Source: the human T2T-CHM13v2.0 reference genome, Homo sapiens. Taken from it: a stretch of DNA of 64,000 bases. The stretch lies in NCBI RefSeq assembly GCF_009914755.1, contig NC_060929.1. The stretch is one strand, 5' to 3'. The number at the start of each line of letters is the position of its first letter. Positions within the stretch are counted from its first letter, which is position 1. Below the pieces are notes generated by a model that was given only the letters and a program-made list of their open reading frames with translations, did not search any database and had not been told where the DNA came from. The position numbers were made by a program, and so were the translations under genes. Positions 13,249-28,973 of this stretch are shown in pieces.

Positions 13249-15618
13249 TGTATTATTCCGTTTTCACACTGCAATAAAGAACTACCTGTGTCTGGATAAT
13301 TTATGAAGAACAGAGACTTAATTGACTTACAGTTCCACAGGCTTCAAAGGAAGCATGACTGAGAGGCCTCAGGAAACTTAGAATCCTGGTGGAAGTTGAA
13401 GGAGAAGCAAGCACATGTTCACATGGCAGAGGAGGAGACAGAGAGAGAAGGGGGAAGTGCCACACACTTTCAAACAACCAGGTCTCATGAGAACTCACGA
13501 TCATGAGAACAACAAGAGGGAAGTCCACCCTTGTGATTCAGTCACCTCCCACTAGGCCCCTCCCCTGACATGTGGGGATTACAAGTGATTGAGATTTGGG
13601 TGGGGACACACAGCCAAGCCATATTATTCTGCCCCCGGCCCCTCCTAAATCTCATGTTCTTACATTTCAAAACACAATCTTGCATTCTCAATAGTCCCCG
13701 GAAGTCTTAACTCCTTCCAGCATTAACTCAAAAGTCCAAGTACAAAGTCTTCTTGGGTCAAGGCAAGTCCACTCTGCTTATGAGACTGTAAAATCAAAAA
13801 CTAGTTACTTCCAAGAAAAAATTGGGATACAGGCATTGGGTAAATTCCCCCATTCCAAACTAGAGAAATTGGTTAAGACAAAGAGGCTACAGGCCCCATG
13901 CATGTCCAAAAACCTGCAGGACAGTCATTAAATCTTAAAAATCCAAAATGATCTCCTTTGACTCCACGTCTCATGTCCAAGCCACGCTGACACAAGGGGT
14001 GAGCTCCCAAGGCCTTGGACAGCTCTGCCCTGGTGGCTCTGCTGGGTACAGACCCTGCAGCTGCTTTCACAGGCTAGCATTGAGTGCCTACAGCTTTTCC
14101 AGGCACATGGTGAAAGCTGTCAGTGGATCTACCACTCTGGAGTCTGGAGGATGGTATCCCTCTTCTCACGGCTCCACTAGGCAGTGCCCCAGTGGGGTCT
14201 CTGTGTGGGGGCTCTAACCCCATGTATCTCCTCTGCACTGCCCTAGCAGAGGATCTCCATGAGGGCTCTGCCCCTGCAGAATGCATGGACATCCAGGCAT
14301 TTCCATACATCCTGAAATCAAGGCAGAGGCTTTCAAGCCTCAACTCTTGCCTTCTGCACACCCATAGGCCCAACACCACATGAAGGCTGCCAAGGTTTGA
14401 GGCTTACCCCCTCTGAAGCAACAGCCCAAGATTATCTCCTGGCCCCTTTTAGCCACAGCTGGAGCTAGAGCAGCTGGGATGCAGGGCACCATGTCCTGAG
14501 GCTGCAGAGAGCAGCGCAACCCTGGGCCTGGCCCACGAAACCATTTTTTCCTCCTAGACCTCCAGGCCTGTGATAGGAAGGGCTGCCATGAAGGTCTCTG
14601 ACATGCCCTGGAAACATTTTCCCTATTCTACTGGCTATTAACATTAGGCTACTCTTCATCTATGCATATTTCTGCAGCTCACTTGAATTGCTCCCCAGAA
14701 AATAGGTTTTTCTTTTCTACCACAAGGTCAGGCTGCAAATTTTCCAAACTTTTATGCTCTGCTTCTCTTTTAAACCTAAGTTCCAACTTCAGACCATCTC
14801 TTTGTGAACACATATGACTGTATGTTGTTAGGAGCAGCCAGGCCACATATTGAATGCTTTGCTACTTAGAAATTTCTTCTGCCACGAACTCTAAATCATC
14901 TCTCTCAAGTTCAAAGATCCACAGATCTCTAGGGCAGGGGCAAAATGCTGTCAGTCTATTTGCTAAAGCAAAGCAAAAGTGAACTTTGCTCCAGTTCCCA
15001 ATAAGTGCCTCATCTCCACCTGAGACCACCTCAGCCTGGACTTTATTGTCCATATAACTATCAGCATTTTGGTCAAAACCATTCAACATGTCTCTAGGAA
15101 GTTCCAAACATTCCCTCATCTTCCTGTCTTCTTCTGAGTCCTCCAAACTGTTGCAACCTCTGCCCATTATCCAGTTACAAAGTTGCTTCCGCATTTTCAT
15201 GTATCTTTATAGCAATGCCCCACTGTCCTGGTACCAAGTTTCTGTACTAGTCCATTTTCACAGTGCTATAAAGAACTAACTGAGACTGGGTAACTTACAA
15301 AGAAAAGAGGTTCAACTGACTCATAGTTCCACAGGCTTAACAGGAAGCATTACTGGGAGGCCTCAGGAAACTTACACTCACAGTGGAAGGCAAAGAAACC
15401 ATGTTTTCACATGGCAGAGCAGGAGAGACAGTGAGTGAAGAGGGAAGTGCCATACATTTTCAAGCAACCAGATCTCATGAGAACTCACTATCATGAGAAC
15501 AGCAGAGGAGAAGTCTGCCTCCAGGATTCAATCACCTTTCACCAGGCCCCTCCCCTGATATGTGAGGATTACAATTCAAGATGAGATTTGGGTGGGGATA
15601 CAGAGCCAAACCATAGCA
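13249..15618 (-). mobile_element. Full-length THE1D-like MaLR element (LTR 13249-13626, internal 13627-15242, LTR 15243-15618) inserted in an old L1
   Basis: Two ~377-bp direct LTRs (tgtattattccgttttcacactgc...agccaagccatatta), ~1.6 kb THE1-type internal region, 5-bp TSD tctat/tttat. Confidence 0.92.
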
Positions 15619-17744
15619 TTTATATTTAGAAAAAAAGTTGCTATTTGTAAAGGGTACATAGAAAAGGGTGTTTATTAGAAACTTGCTTGTAGTGGCAAAA
15701 ATCACGAAACCACATGAATAGAATATTGTCTATTTAAAAGAATGGGATCCGCATCTGTTAACCTGGAAGGATGTTCAGGGTGTACTTGTTAGGTGAGAAA
15801 AGCAAGCTGCAGACAAAGGGGTATAAGATAATCCCATTCTTTTATTTAAAGGCAAGCAACCCAGAAAATCTCATATGTGTCTGTTTATGCTTATGTAATT
15901 ACAGAGAAATGTGGAGGATAAGGGGAGATGTGCAGGAAGAAAGAGGAAAGAAAGAAATAGGAAAGGAGACGTGATGGAAATAAGCTTATTAACATTTTGG
16001 GGTATAATTTTACTGATGGAATGAACACACTATTTCTGTAAATTCTGAAGGGGCATTTGCAAAAAGAAGAACAAATTTTAAAAGGAGTCAATTATAAGAC
16101 TATCCCTATAATGCTCACTTACACTCAGATATGCTTTCTTGGATAACAGACTGTGTATAACCCAAATCCTCCAAAGGTTATGGAGAGTTCATGTGGCTAC
16201 CCACCATCTATCATCGTGCATATGGGCTGTGGTACAAAGAAGGAGAACCACTATGCTATGAGCAACAAAACCACAGACATTTTTTGATCAGGGGAATAAT
16301 ACTGAAAGTGGTGTTCTAGGAAGATTAATCTGGCAGTAGACTGCAGAATGAATTAAGAAGGGAGAGGAGAAAACTAGAGAAACAATTAGGAGACTATTGA
16401 TAAGAGTAATAAGAGTTTGAACTAGGGTGTGGCCAGTTTTTTCCTGTTGTGTTGGCTTCTCAGGGAACAGAAACTTAATTCCCTTCTGGCTTCCAGCCTT
16501 TCTACCTTACTCTTAACTGAATCTCAGGGTCTTTGTGGTCTCAGAAGTATGTTTCTTATTATCTGCTTTAATTACATCTAAATTTCAAATTTAAGTCTCC
16601 TTTTTAAAAAAATTATAAACGAAATCACTAGTTATATTGTGCCATTTAAGATTTCCCTAATTTATCTGGCTTTGATTTTTGGGAATGTTCCCATGTTTTA
16701 AAGACTGGTTTCAAGAACAATAATCACTCATATATTTATGTTATTCTATTCTGTCTCTTCTATGCTAGTTAATGTGACAACTACCCTCTCCCTGCCACAT
16801 TTTAAGATTGTTGTCTCCTAATTCTTCAGCTATTCATTTATTTTGTGGCTGCTCTCTTTGGTTGCCTTCTAGAGCCCTGTCCTTGTCCCTCCCCTCTTTT
16901 TTCCTGAACATTAGAGCAGTTCATTCTTAAATGACCTCATCTGATTTTCTTGCTATGGCTAACACCTACTTAACTTGCATTTTCTCTTTTCTGCGACTGT
17001 CATTGCCATATTAGGTTGAACTCTCCTATAACTCTTAGTAGAAGAGATGAACTTATCCTACCAACCTCCTGACTGTTATATACTATAGACAGAATAAGTC
17101 AAATCTAAAATATAAATAAGCTGAAGAAAGATATTTTGAAAATTCAGGCAAAAATAAAACACCCCTCCTCTCTTAAGGTACTCAGTGATTACACACACAC
17201 TTATCTGAAAAATGAGGAAACCGATTTCTTGCCTGACCTTCTAGGTAAGTCAGTACAAACATATACATTAGACTCATCTGCTTAAATAATCTCAATTCTT
17301 ATAAAAGTGAAAAGCATAAAGCTTCTGCTACAAAAGTTCCTATATTGACAATTTACTATGTTACTGCCTTGAGCAAGCTTTTAACAAACCACCAAAGGAA
17401 AAAACCCTCTAACCCTTCATTTACAAACATTGGCTACTCTAATTTTTCAATGGTAAACAGACCAGAGTTATTCTAAGAAATTATGAAAAGCAATCCATTT
17501 CGAAGTCTTAAAGCAAATTTAGAGACTGACAATTGAAAATACATCTTCTTTATGTATACTCTCTGTATTCATATACACCTGTCAGTCTTAAGGCTTATTT
17601 CTATCTGGGGAAGATAACCTGGGCTATCATCTCTCTCTCAGTGATATTCACTATCTGCTGACATTTTCCTCACTCGAGAAAGATTAGAAATATAATCCAT
17701 TCCTATATATCTTTTTGGTTTATATGTTAAATTTTGTTTATTTA

Positions 17745-18022
17745 GGTATTCAACATGTATTTGTAGAGGTCTTACTATGTGCTAGACACTATTCTAGACG
17801 CTGGCATACAGGAGTAAGCAAGGCAGACAGTATCACTGCTCTCATGGAGCTTACATTGTAGCAGGTGAGCAGATAAGACACAAATAGATGATGTCAAGAA
17901 GAAGGAAAGACTGTGAAAGATTCTACTATTTCAGATAGAGCAGTCAGAGATCTCTTTTACAGAGCTGACATTTAAATGAGAGAGTAAACCATGTGGGTAT
18001 CTGGGGAAAGAACATTTCAGGT
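17745..18022 (-). mobile_element. L2 3' fragment
   Basis: attcaaca.gtattt...tactatgtgctagacact...ctgctctcatggagcttacatt. Confidence 0.75.
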
Positions 18023-21000
18023 AAATTTTCCTCAGATTTGGGCTTATACACTGGGGAGCCCAGAAAGAGGATTATTTCTCCTAGACAATAAGGATATTCT
18101 TAAGTGACTAGAAGAAAAAAATATCTTGCAACTAGGGTACACAAACTGAGGTTATGGTGAAAGTCATGTTTTCTCCTTGTCTTGTATCATGTGATATTTG
18201 ATGACAACATGCATGCACATAATACTTTCATCCATTAGTTGCTGAAGTCTCCTGTTGGCTCATTCCTATGTACTCAGTCCTCATCTAGTCAACTAATTCT
18301 TTCCATCTTTTCTTTCATTTGTTTCAGACTCCTTGTTGCCCCTTTTCTTATTCCAAATAGTTGAATCAAATCTTGTTTCCCATTCATTCATGCACTTTCC
18401 TCCATGAAGTTTCAGTTATGTCTTCCCAGGAAGGAGTTTGAGATCTTTCAAGCTCACATTTCAAAAAGCAAACTGAGGGAGGGGGAGGCAGGGATGACTA
18501 TCATCAGAGTGCTCTCCATGCTGCTGGGGATATTCATCTTCTTCATCTCCATATGCCCAGTGTCTAGCTTGATAAATGCTTGCTGCTGCCAAGTGCAATT
18601 AGAAGGACCTTGGAGATCATCTAGTTAACCTCCCACTCTACCTACCACCAGAATTCTTGGCCTAGAACATGTCTTTGTAGTTCTTTAGTTCTTCCACTTA
18701 CGAACATAATAACGTAGCTAGGTTGCTTATTGATTTCCCAGTGTCCATAGAGAAACACTGAGGCATACAAAAATCAAATTTAGCCAGGCACCAGAATTGA
18801 AGTTTAGAATTTTCATTTTCTTTCTTAATAGTTTTATAACTTTTCCTTCTGGCTTCCTTATTTACTGTTTTCTTGTTTAAACATGTCTGTGGGACCCCCA
18901 AAGCACTGTACAGCTCTGTTAAATATCATTATCAATTAAAAGGTCACTCATCCCTAAAATACTGAATTAGAAATTACTTCACCAATTTGTCTTTCCTTTA
19001 AAAACATTTCTTGATTAAAAATGTAGTGCCCATCCACAGACTGCACTAACACCAGCCCATGATATGTGTTTAGTGATGAGAAGCATTTGCTACCTAATAG
19101 AAAATCTACCAGCCTCCCAGCTGACAGAACAAAGTAAGAGGTTCAAGGCAAATAAAGCAGTGCAGAGAAAACCTGTTAGCAGTAAAACATTACCTGCCAT
19201 GCTAGGATGGCTCTTCCTTCCCATTTCTTAGCTCTGAAAACTTATAAATCATCTTTTGGGGAGAAAGAACAAATATCCAAGAAAACAGTTTGCTTTTAGT
19301 ACAATTCTAAAAAATCTAAAGTTCTTAAGCAGGCTGTTGTCACAAAGAAATTCTAAGAACTTCGGCACTAACAGAATAGTTACAAAATGAATATCCTATT
19401 TTTGACACCACTACACATGTCTTCATCATTTCAAAGATTAGGATCCATTTTAACCTAGCATTTTTTGAACAGTAAACATGACTAAATTTAGCAAATAGCA
19501 GTAACAAAATTCATTTAGTTTTTAAAAGTACTATCAGTAATCGCAGAGGTTTTTTTCAGGTTGTGAGGAATAAAAGTCAAAAATATATTAATTTTATATT
19601 GTAGCTATAACTCAAACTATTTTATGAGTATAAATAACTTCAGTATACTTGAGTTGTTCTTGCTATACTGATAATCAGATACTTAATTCCCTGATACACT
19701 AAGGGAAATGTGTATGAATGAGAAATTAAACTGTTTGGGAGACTGTTGTAGGAATTCACATTATGTTTACTTTATATCTGCTATTGCCAAATTCAAGTCC
19801 AAGCCAAAAGCAGACCTACCTTACTTAAACATAAAATAAACACTTATTTAAAAAATCAGGCTTAGAGGTGAATAGTCTCTATTACTTCATTACTATGCCA
19901 AGAAGAGGGAATATATAAACTGTTATCATAAAGTTCCTTAATAACTTCAAGAAAACACAAATCAGAACTTAACCACTAAGCATCACCCATTTCAGAATAG
20001 TCACCCTGGGAAGCTATTCACTTATTCCAGGCATATTCAAAACAGAATTAAACATTTTCTGTAGAAATATCTATGTGGGCTCTTTTAAAAACCCTCAAAG
20101 AAAATAAATGTTATCATTCGAGAGAGGATTAAATTTCTAAATATCTGGCAATACTCATATGATTTGGAGTCACACAAATAAAGCTAAGGGATAAATACAT
20201 TTTCTTTGAGCAAGAACAGTTAGGTGTTACTATAGTGCAATGAGTCCGATTTTCTTTTATGGCTTACAAGGTGGTTCTGAAGGCAGTTTCAAAGAGGAGC
20301 AATATACATAGCCTCCTAAGGTGGAAACTTAGAACATTTATTTTGGGTTTTCTGTTTTAAAAAAAAAACTCAATCTATTTTATAGCCATACACTTTGTCC
20401 TTAATAAACCCAGCTGAATTCCAGATGACAAATTTCACATAATGTTCTGATTAAAATTTTTTTAAGTTTCCATCTAAGAAAGCTGCCTACAAACTTAGGT
20501 TCTACATCGGTATGTTTACCAATTTAAACTGCCGTTTAATAATTCTATGCTTTCCTCTGCTTTTATAACTTTGGTTTAATAGATCAAATTTGTTTAACTG
20601 AAGTTTTTTTCAACCATTTGATCAATAAAGAAAACAAGTCAGTGCAGTCAAGTTTCACAATCCTCCCAACTTTATGCAGTTAGGATAAATTTTGGTATTC
20701 AATATACTCAAGAGCTTTTTCAGACAGCTTCAATAAATGTAATAAATGTAAAAAAATTTTAAACCTGAAAATTTCATTCCCATTTTCAGGCAAATTAAGG
20801 TTTCCAATGACAAAGAATCTTTGCATACTTGATTATATAAAAATATCAGAATAGGAAATACCAGAAAGAGAATACTCTAGCATTTATTAATAAAAATATA
20901 ACAATGTGGTTGGAGTTATCACTATGGCTATTATGTAGATGGCATACTTAATATCCCTCAACAAAATCCACTGAAAACTTTGTCGAAGGCGCTTTCAAAA

Positions 21001-21270
21001 AATAATAAAACTGAAAAAAAAAATCATTGTGAAGATACTACGTTGGCATTTGAAGGCTTTAAAATACAGCAGTCTTTATGAAACTGCGATCCATGACCCT
21101 TCAGGGATTGCACATAGCAGACCCTAAAAGATTCTTGATTATAGGCAATACCTACACCACAGTCACAGATGTCATAACGTACTTAGCCAATGAGAGTCAT
21201 GCTGGTTTAAGCTAAGTGGACTTGGCAGAGCTTTAAAAATTCCACCTTGCATTTTTATAATGCTTTTTAA

Positions 21271-21580
<310 letters not shown>

Positions 21581-21859
21581 TAATGCTTTTTAATTTTCAA
21601 AGTAAACGTACATGCACAAATCCTGTCAGGTAAAAACCCTCTCACTATTTTACAGAAATTGAAACTGTGACAAAAAGCAGTAAGTGACTTTACAAATATA
21701 TGCAGGAGAGCAGAGGCCTGATCCTTTATATTTTATTTAAAGATTCGCTGTTGACAAAAATTATTAAAGATACATGAGGAACTAACATACCCAATATTAA
21801 ATATTTCCCTTCAGATAAGTGTTAAGGTTTCCTGGTTTTTTTTTTCTTTTTCTCTTTAA

Positions 21860-22052
21860 ATGCCTTTAGTTTTCACATCTGTAAAATTAAGGTAAATAAC
21901 AGCTGCCTTCTGTGCTTCATGGATATTGACAGAATTGAGACTTAATACAGTAACTAGAATAAAAACTTTCACAGAGTTGAGATTTAAATGAGATGAATGC
22001 ATGCAAAGTGCTTAGCATAGTGCTGTCACATAATTGGTGCTTAATCATTATT
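21860..22052 (+). mobile_element. MIR
   Basis: agttttcacatctgtaaaat...ttaaatgagat...aaagtgcttagcatagtg. Confidence 0.65.
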
Positions 22053-25000
22053 AGGTAAAAAAAAATTAACAAAATGAATAGAGAAGAATACAGACACTGT
22101 ATATTTTAAAAATCTAAATGAGTCAAAAGTAACTCTTATAAAATATGTGGCTAGTCTGTATTATGTCAATCAACTATTTGTTCCAGATGTCTAGAAGAGA
22201 CCCAGATAATTAAAGAAGCCTACCAGGGAACTTAGATAACTAAGAATTGAGATATTCAAACTGGCAACACCGCTCATTAAGTGTTTTGTGATCTTTACCT
22301 CAACACTTTCTATGGATCTCAATTTCTCATTCGAAAAAATTAGGGGGTAGAATTAGGGAAACTCTCAAGTTCTTTTAAGTTCTAATCTAAAATAACTGTA
22401 ACGAACATAGAAAACAAGCTCTGAGAACCCAAGAGCCCCACCTCTCGGGTGCTAACAGCAGCAATAGTTTATTTTTATATATCACCAACTACATTATTTT
22501 AAATCCTTATCTTATAAAAACACCAAATCTGCATTCACATCTATTTGTCTTACATTCGATAATCTATAAAGAAAATGTCAAAGAACCAACTTTGTTATAC
22601 CATTCCCTACCCTAATTACTTCCCTCATCAAATTGACGGGTTAAAAGGATTGTGGAATTTTAGAAACACACACACAGGTGTTTTGAAAACAATTCAAACA
22701 CAGTTGTAAAGAAAGTATTTTTGACTCCAAAGTACCTAGTTGGAGGCCATGGACTGTCTCCCTTAGCATTAGAAACTAGGTCTTTGGACTTTTAGTTGAG
22801 TATTTTTCTTCTGTTTCTACTACTGAATATCTAAATCAAATTCTTTGGAAGGGATGGTTAAAAAAATAAAAAAGCAAAATCTGCAATTTAAATAGTCTTA
22901 AAATTAAGGAAGCTCTTATCCTCAATAATTATAAAAGAAAACATTAAAACGATAACATAAAGTAAAACAGTGTCCATAACAAACTGGTAGAGCTTTAGTG
23001 TTCAGCATGTGACAATCATAAGGTCATAAGTCACAGCACTGCCCCAACCAGCATGAAATAATAAATCATGTAGTGAATTGTATCATTTCATAATAGCTTT
23101 CAAAATTTGGCTATCAAATATACTTTCATAATAGCCACAGCTAAATATTATGGACAGTTATGAAATCAACTAGAATAAAGGCTAATTTTATTGTAAAAAG
23201 AAATAGTAAGTTAACACTTTTTGCAACAAACTATGTCTTAAACACTGCATACTTATTGAACTCTCAAATTATTAGTTACAAAAATAAAAATTCAAGGTAA
23301 GATAATGCGTAAACATTTACAACTAATCATATCATTAAAACTTTTTTCCCCTTATATATATTTTTGGTGCCCTACAGTGAGAATGAAAAAAAAATTATAA
23401 AACAACAGGTACTTTCACTGAACTTGCTGCATTATAGACAGGATTAATGTTGTTGAAACTTGCTAAAAAGAAAAAATATTTAAAAGCACTCGAAATTAAT
23501 ACTTGGGTTACTCTGAAAAAGCATGTTTAAGCATGCAGCTCTATTGGGATGTAATTAATATTTAAATTGGACAAGTGATAAAATTCGGGGATAACACACT
23601 TTCATTCAAAATACTGAATTTAAGGAATGTATTGCAATATAAATGGTTTAAGTGACTGTCTAGCACTTGCAGAACCCCATAATTTATTCTGCATATTATG
23701 AAAAATTAATTTTCTCAATATTCCAGCAGAAAAATACATAACCCATAGAAATATATTACCAAAGAAAAGGGTTGCTCTCCAGTCAGTTGACAATGGCTGT
23801 AAAAGGGCACTATGATATATGAAATGATTATATCAACATTAAGACATTAGGTCGACTACATTCAAGTCATTAGATTTTCATTTATTAAACAGCAGCTTAA
23901 ATAAAAATGAGAAAAATATGAACTTAATCTTAGCTAAAATAATCTTCAAGTAAAATGTGCATTTTATCCTTTTTTGATAATAAAGCATAGTAAGAAACAA
24001 CATAACTCAAAAATTAGTATTATATAGCCATGGTCAGTTTTAGATTTCTACCTGAAATAAAAGAAATTAAATTGTAATTCTGATTGATGCATTCCCTTGT
24101 ACCTATAGTCCTAAATTTTTCTTTTCTTAAACCTCTAATTCATGACAGTTGATCCAAACTGTTAGTTTTCAGAACTGATCTGGATATTCCTAAACTTATC
24201 TATAGCATCCCACATCTCTGTTGCTCCTCCCTCTTCACCCTCCACCCCCAATTAATTCATGAACTCCACTGGAAATTCTGTATTTAGAGACATTTACAAC
24301 AGTATTGAGCACTAAGGAAAGCAACCTGTCACAATTAGGTGTCTGGGGGTTAAAACCACTGTCTACAAATAATTTTGAACTGCAATAAAATTCTATTTCT
24401 TTCTTAATATGTAAAATGAACAAAAATCACCATCACAAGTCACACCCTAATCTAGTTTAGCATAGAAATGATCACACATAATTCAACAGGGAAAGGAACA
24501 CTTAGTAGACCTTTTCTTTTTTAAAATTGAAATTCTCAATAGGAATATTTTATTTACTTGAAAAATACAAAACCCAAGTATTAATAGAATATGCCAGAAG
24601 AAAATAAGAGCAGTCGGCTCTCTGAAGCTGCAGAAATAAGGACAGCATGGGCTTTTAAAAATCCTTTCTAAAGGTCAATATGTAATGGATTTTTTTTTGT
24701 AGTTATAGCTTAATTCAACAAAATTTTCTTGAAAACTCTTTATGCAACAGGAATCATCAATGTATATTTTCCATGACTCAGAAATATGAAAACAAGTGCC
24801 CATTAATCTGGCAAATACCTGTAAATATTGCATTACACAATTACTCTTGATGAAAATATTACCAGGATGTCCTCAGAAGGGTAAATGCTATTCAGCACAA
24901 ACCTATTTTGCTTATTTAATTTGCCCACCTAAGTACTAGTACACAATGAGAACCCACTGCTCATTAAAATTAGGAATAATCATTAAAGTAAAAAAGAATG

Positions 25001-28000
25001 TGCTTTAAGAACTAAGCCTAAGCCTCAGACCTTGTCTAAGCTTAATGTAAATTAAGATTTCCTGGGCTGTTTCAGTCACCTGCAGGCCAGAGTAGACTAA
25101 GATTTATGTAACTAACCAATTAATGCAGATGTTCCGACTTTCACATTAGGCAGTCACATTAAAGTAAACCCTTTTGATCCAATCTTTCCTTCACTAAATC
25201 TCAAAAGGCCCCTAAAGTGATCTCTACCCACATATCCATTTCACTATTAATACAATTTGCATTTAACCTACATTTATGCAAGGTATATTTCAGAATAAGT
25301 CTTTCATAAAATGTATAAACATTAAATAAGTAGCAAAAGTGGTCAGACTAAAATACATGTAACACAAATAGACAAGACCAAAATAACATATGAATTATGT
25401 TACCAATTATAAAAATACAAGGGGACTAGCCATAGAAACATCGTAAGTAATTTCAATAAAATCTGACCACATGCTAGTCACATATTTCTGCATTAGTCAT
25501 TTCACACTAAAATGACACACCTGAATACACAGTGTGTTTTAAAAACTTTTTTTACTAATCATGTAGCCATAACAAGTTACAGATTTAAAAAATAAGATTC
25601 TCATCATAAAGCTAAAAATAAGTGAAAATATATTTAAAAAGAAATCTCCTTTAACATTCAGAAATCACTTTACATAAATGAGTACCAGAAATATTAAGCT
25701 TAAAAAACACTGAAACACCCATTGCCAGAATCTTTAGAAGGAAAAGAAAAAGAAAAAAGGTAGGAAGTAAAGAAAGTATCCATGGGGGTGAGGGTAAATC
25801 ACAGTCAAAACAAATCTCTTCTCTTCGTATTTCCTCTTTTTCTGAGAAAACATTCAACATGATGTTAGCAGAATTTGCTTCATTCATTCTGTATTTGTAC
25901 AGGTCTTCAATTTCATTACTTTTATAAAACCAGATACAGATGCGATTACTAATGAGACATTAAAATCTACATAAATTTTAGTAGCTTCATTAAGTGCCAA
26001 TCATCACTTAATTTTAGACTCTGCCGAAAACTGAATTTACAAGTTCATCCTACATCATTCATTCTCTCCAATAATCCCTCCCTTCAGGATACGAACAATT
26101 TTTTAACACTAAAATTTCAACATAATCCCAATAAAAGCTCTAATACCACCTAAAACCATTTCTGTTCTCTACCTCTGTCATTAATGCTTAAATGAAACAA
26201 GGCTGAAAATCAAATAATGCAGAAATGTGCCTTCGTCAATAAGTTTATGCTAAATGTACTGAACTTCAGTATTTTTAAAAGCATATTAAGTTAGAATGAC
26301 TAGTTTGTTTTACTTAAAGAATAGATTTTGAGAATAAGGTTTCTCTTGTTTTACTATAAATGAACTTAGAAAATGCTTTACTAAGCTCAATCATAATATT
26401 CATAATTTTACAATTTTATGTGATAATTCAATGTTGTGGTGGAAGGAAGGAATTGCCTCTTCCCACCCCCAGAGAATAAAGTGAGGATTTTTTTTTAAGT
26501 ATTCTGATAAAAACAATTTTAGGTGGCATTTTAAAAAGTCAAATTGCAATTTATAACTTTTTTTAATTTAAAAGGAATTCAAGTTATTAGTGGCATTTAA
26601 TATTTTTCTTCGTAAAGTCAGAAGGTCAGTATTCAAGTTGTGGTCTCAATGTGTTGATTATTTGCTGATCACTCAGGGTCACTGGTCATAGCAAATGTTT
26701 GGCTACAGTCATGTAACATATAGAGAAGAGAAAGCAACTAATTTTAGCTATATCAGGGCTGTTGTTTGGAAACAATAGACTAATTCAATGATGGTTTAAA
26801 AGAAACACTGTTTCAATTTATTTGGATGAAGCTTTGTTTTGGGTAATCATAGTTCCCAGTGCTAAGTTAATGCCATAAGGTATAAAATCTTCAAATATTA
26901 ACAAAATACCCTGTATAAAGTATTATACCTTCTTGTTAGGACACAGACTACTGATTATATTTCCCAATCACAGATTGGCATAAAAATAATAATTTCATTT
27001 GATATTAAAGAACTTCTAAAGAGCCGCATCATCATTGCCTTGCCTACTACCTCCATAAGGTTATGGGACCCAAATTAAAAATACGTAAAGATACTTTATG
27101 TCATGAAGTACTATAAAAGTTAAAGCATTAAAATCACCTTTAGTGATTTAAGAGTAACTATGTTCATCTACTTATACTCTATATCCCAGATTTTATAGGG
27201 TTTAAAAGTTCATAGCAAATGGAAAATAAGTTTTGTCCCTTGCCTTTTCTTTATAGTAAGGAAAATGAAAACCATGCCATGATGATTATCAGGGCAAAAT
27301 CCATTAATAATCCCCAAGAGTTTCCTAAGATGTTTTATTTTTCTTTGTATAATTACATGTTTTATAAATCAATTTAAGAGTTTCCTACAGATAGCTTAGT
27401 CAAATCAACCGTACTTAACTCTTTTAAGAAAACCAAGTATGCGAATTCTATTGCCAAAAATTTGCAATTGAAAATTTTAAAACACAGCATGTCTTTTAGC
27501 ATTTAAAACACAACAGCTTATGCAATAATAAAGATCTCAAATCTCCTTACTGAAAAGATTTTAAACCTTCAACTCAGGTTGAAGTAGTGTTCTTCTAAAT
27601 AAAGGATAATTATTTAAACAATAGATTAGGAGGTAGTTCACATTAAGACATGTAAGAACCAAGGTTTTTTGGTGTTTTTTTTTTTTTTTTTTTGACAACT
27701 AAGCCTTTTAGAAGAACAGAACATAGCCTAAATCTAATTCTAAATTATTTCCCTAACAAGAAAAGCTTCTTAAGTACAGAGGAAAGAAAAGAGACATCCT
27801 CCAGGTTAGGATAGCTTTCACAGAAAAAGGATTTTCAAAAATCTGAATAACTAGTTAATGGGAACGATGAATATCACTAACATTTAAGAAAAAACTTCAA
27901 TAGTTACATACAAATAAATCACTGTCTACCATGTCTTCTTTTAAAAAAACCCGCTGATTAATCAATCTTGTGTCACTACAATCCACATTTTTATATTTTC

Positions 28001-28973
28001 CTTCACAACTAAAATGGATATAAAACCTAGCATTTATCTGAATTGGGGATGAGGTTACGGGGTAGAGAAATTCACCCCTACCAACACGTATATCTACATT
28101 TAGAACTTTTTTCTGATAATTCCATTTTCTGACCTTTTTGGGTCAGACAAAAATATCAGTATGCTTATAAACGACTGAGTAAAAAAAAGAGAAAAATCAA
28201 ACGAAAGCTGAAAATTGAAGCTTAACAATTTTGGCCATCAGTTATCTACTTGAGAACTTGCAGGAACATTTGAACGTAAAATTTTGTTTTGCACCATGTT
28301 GACACCAATTCCTCTCTTAAAGAGATTCATCAGCAGACATAACTTGTCTACTTTATGGCAAGAACCCTGTGAGCAAGACCTGTGTCTAATACTATGGTCT
28401 GGTACACTGTTCACTGCATTGCTTTAGCAACTTCAAAACTCAAATTCTTTAACAGAAGATTCAGTTTGAAGAATAGGGCTCTTTGTTAGTACTTCTGCTT
28501 TTAACTCTTTAATCTCAAGCTAACACTTAACGAATTTACAAATAAGGCAGCACAACTTTTGACTATGTAAGTAAGGGTATCATTTATTGTAATATAAGAA
28601 CATATTCTAAAACAGCTGAATGACCATGCACAACACAATATGATATTATGAGACATTATACTCTCCTGAATTTATATAATTTTTCGTTAAGATATCTGTT
28701 AATGAGCAACATTATTTTAAAAATGTTAAATAAAATCCTCACCGTTGGCCAATGGGATACTGAAAACCACTATTTAAGGAAAAAACCTGAAATGGTTACG
28801 TACAGATGTCACTTAGGTTGTCTACCTTTCCTACTTTCAAAAGGCCACTTAAACTTATTCATATAAAAAAGCACATGAATCTTTAGAGAACACATATAAA
28901 TCAATGAAGATTTACATCTATTAATCTACCTTAAATGTACCATTCTTAAGAAACAGAAAAACACTGATCTTAC

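Noticed and set aside
28401-28413. GGTACA-C-TGTTCA as an autoregulatory GRE
   Set aside because: Half sites are separated by 1 nt rather than the 3 nt required for a canonical GRE
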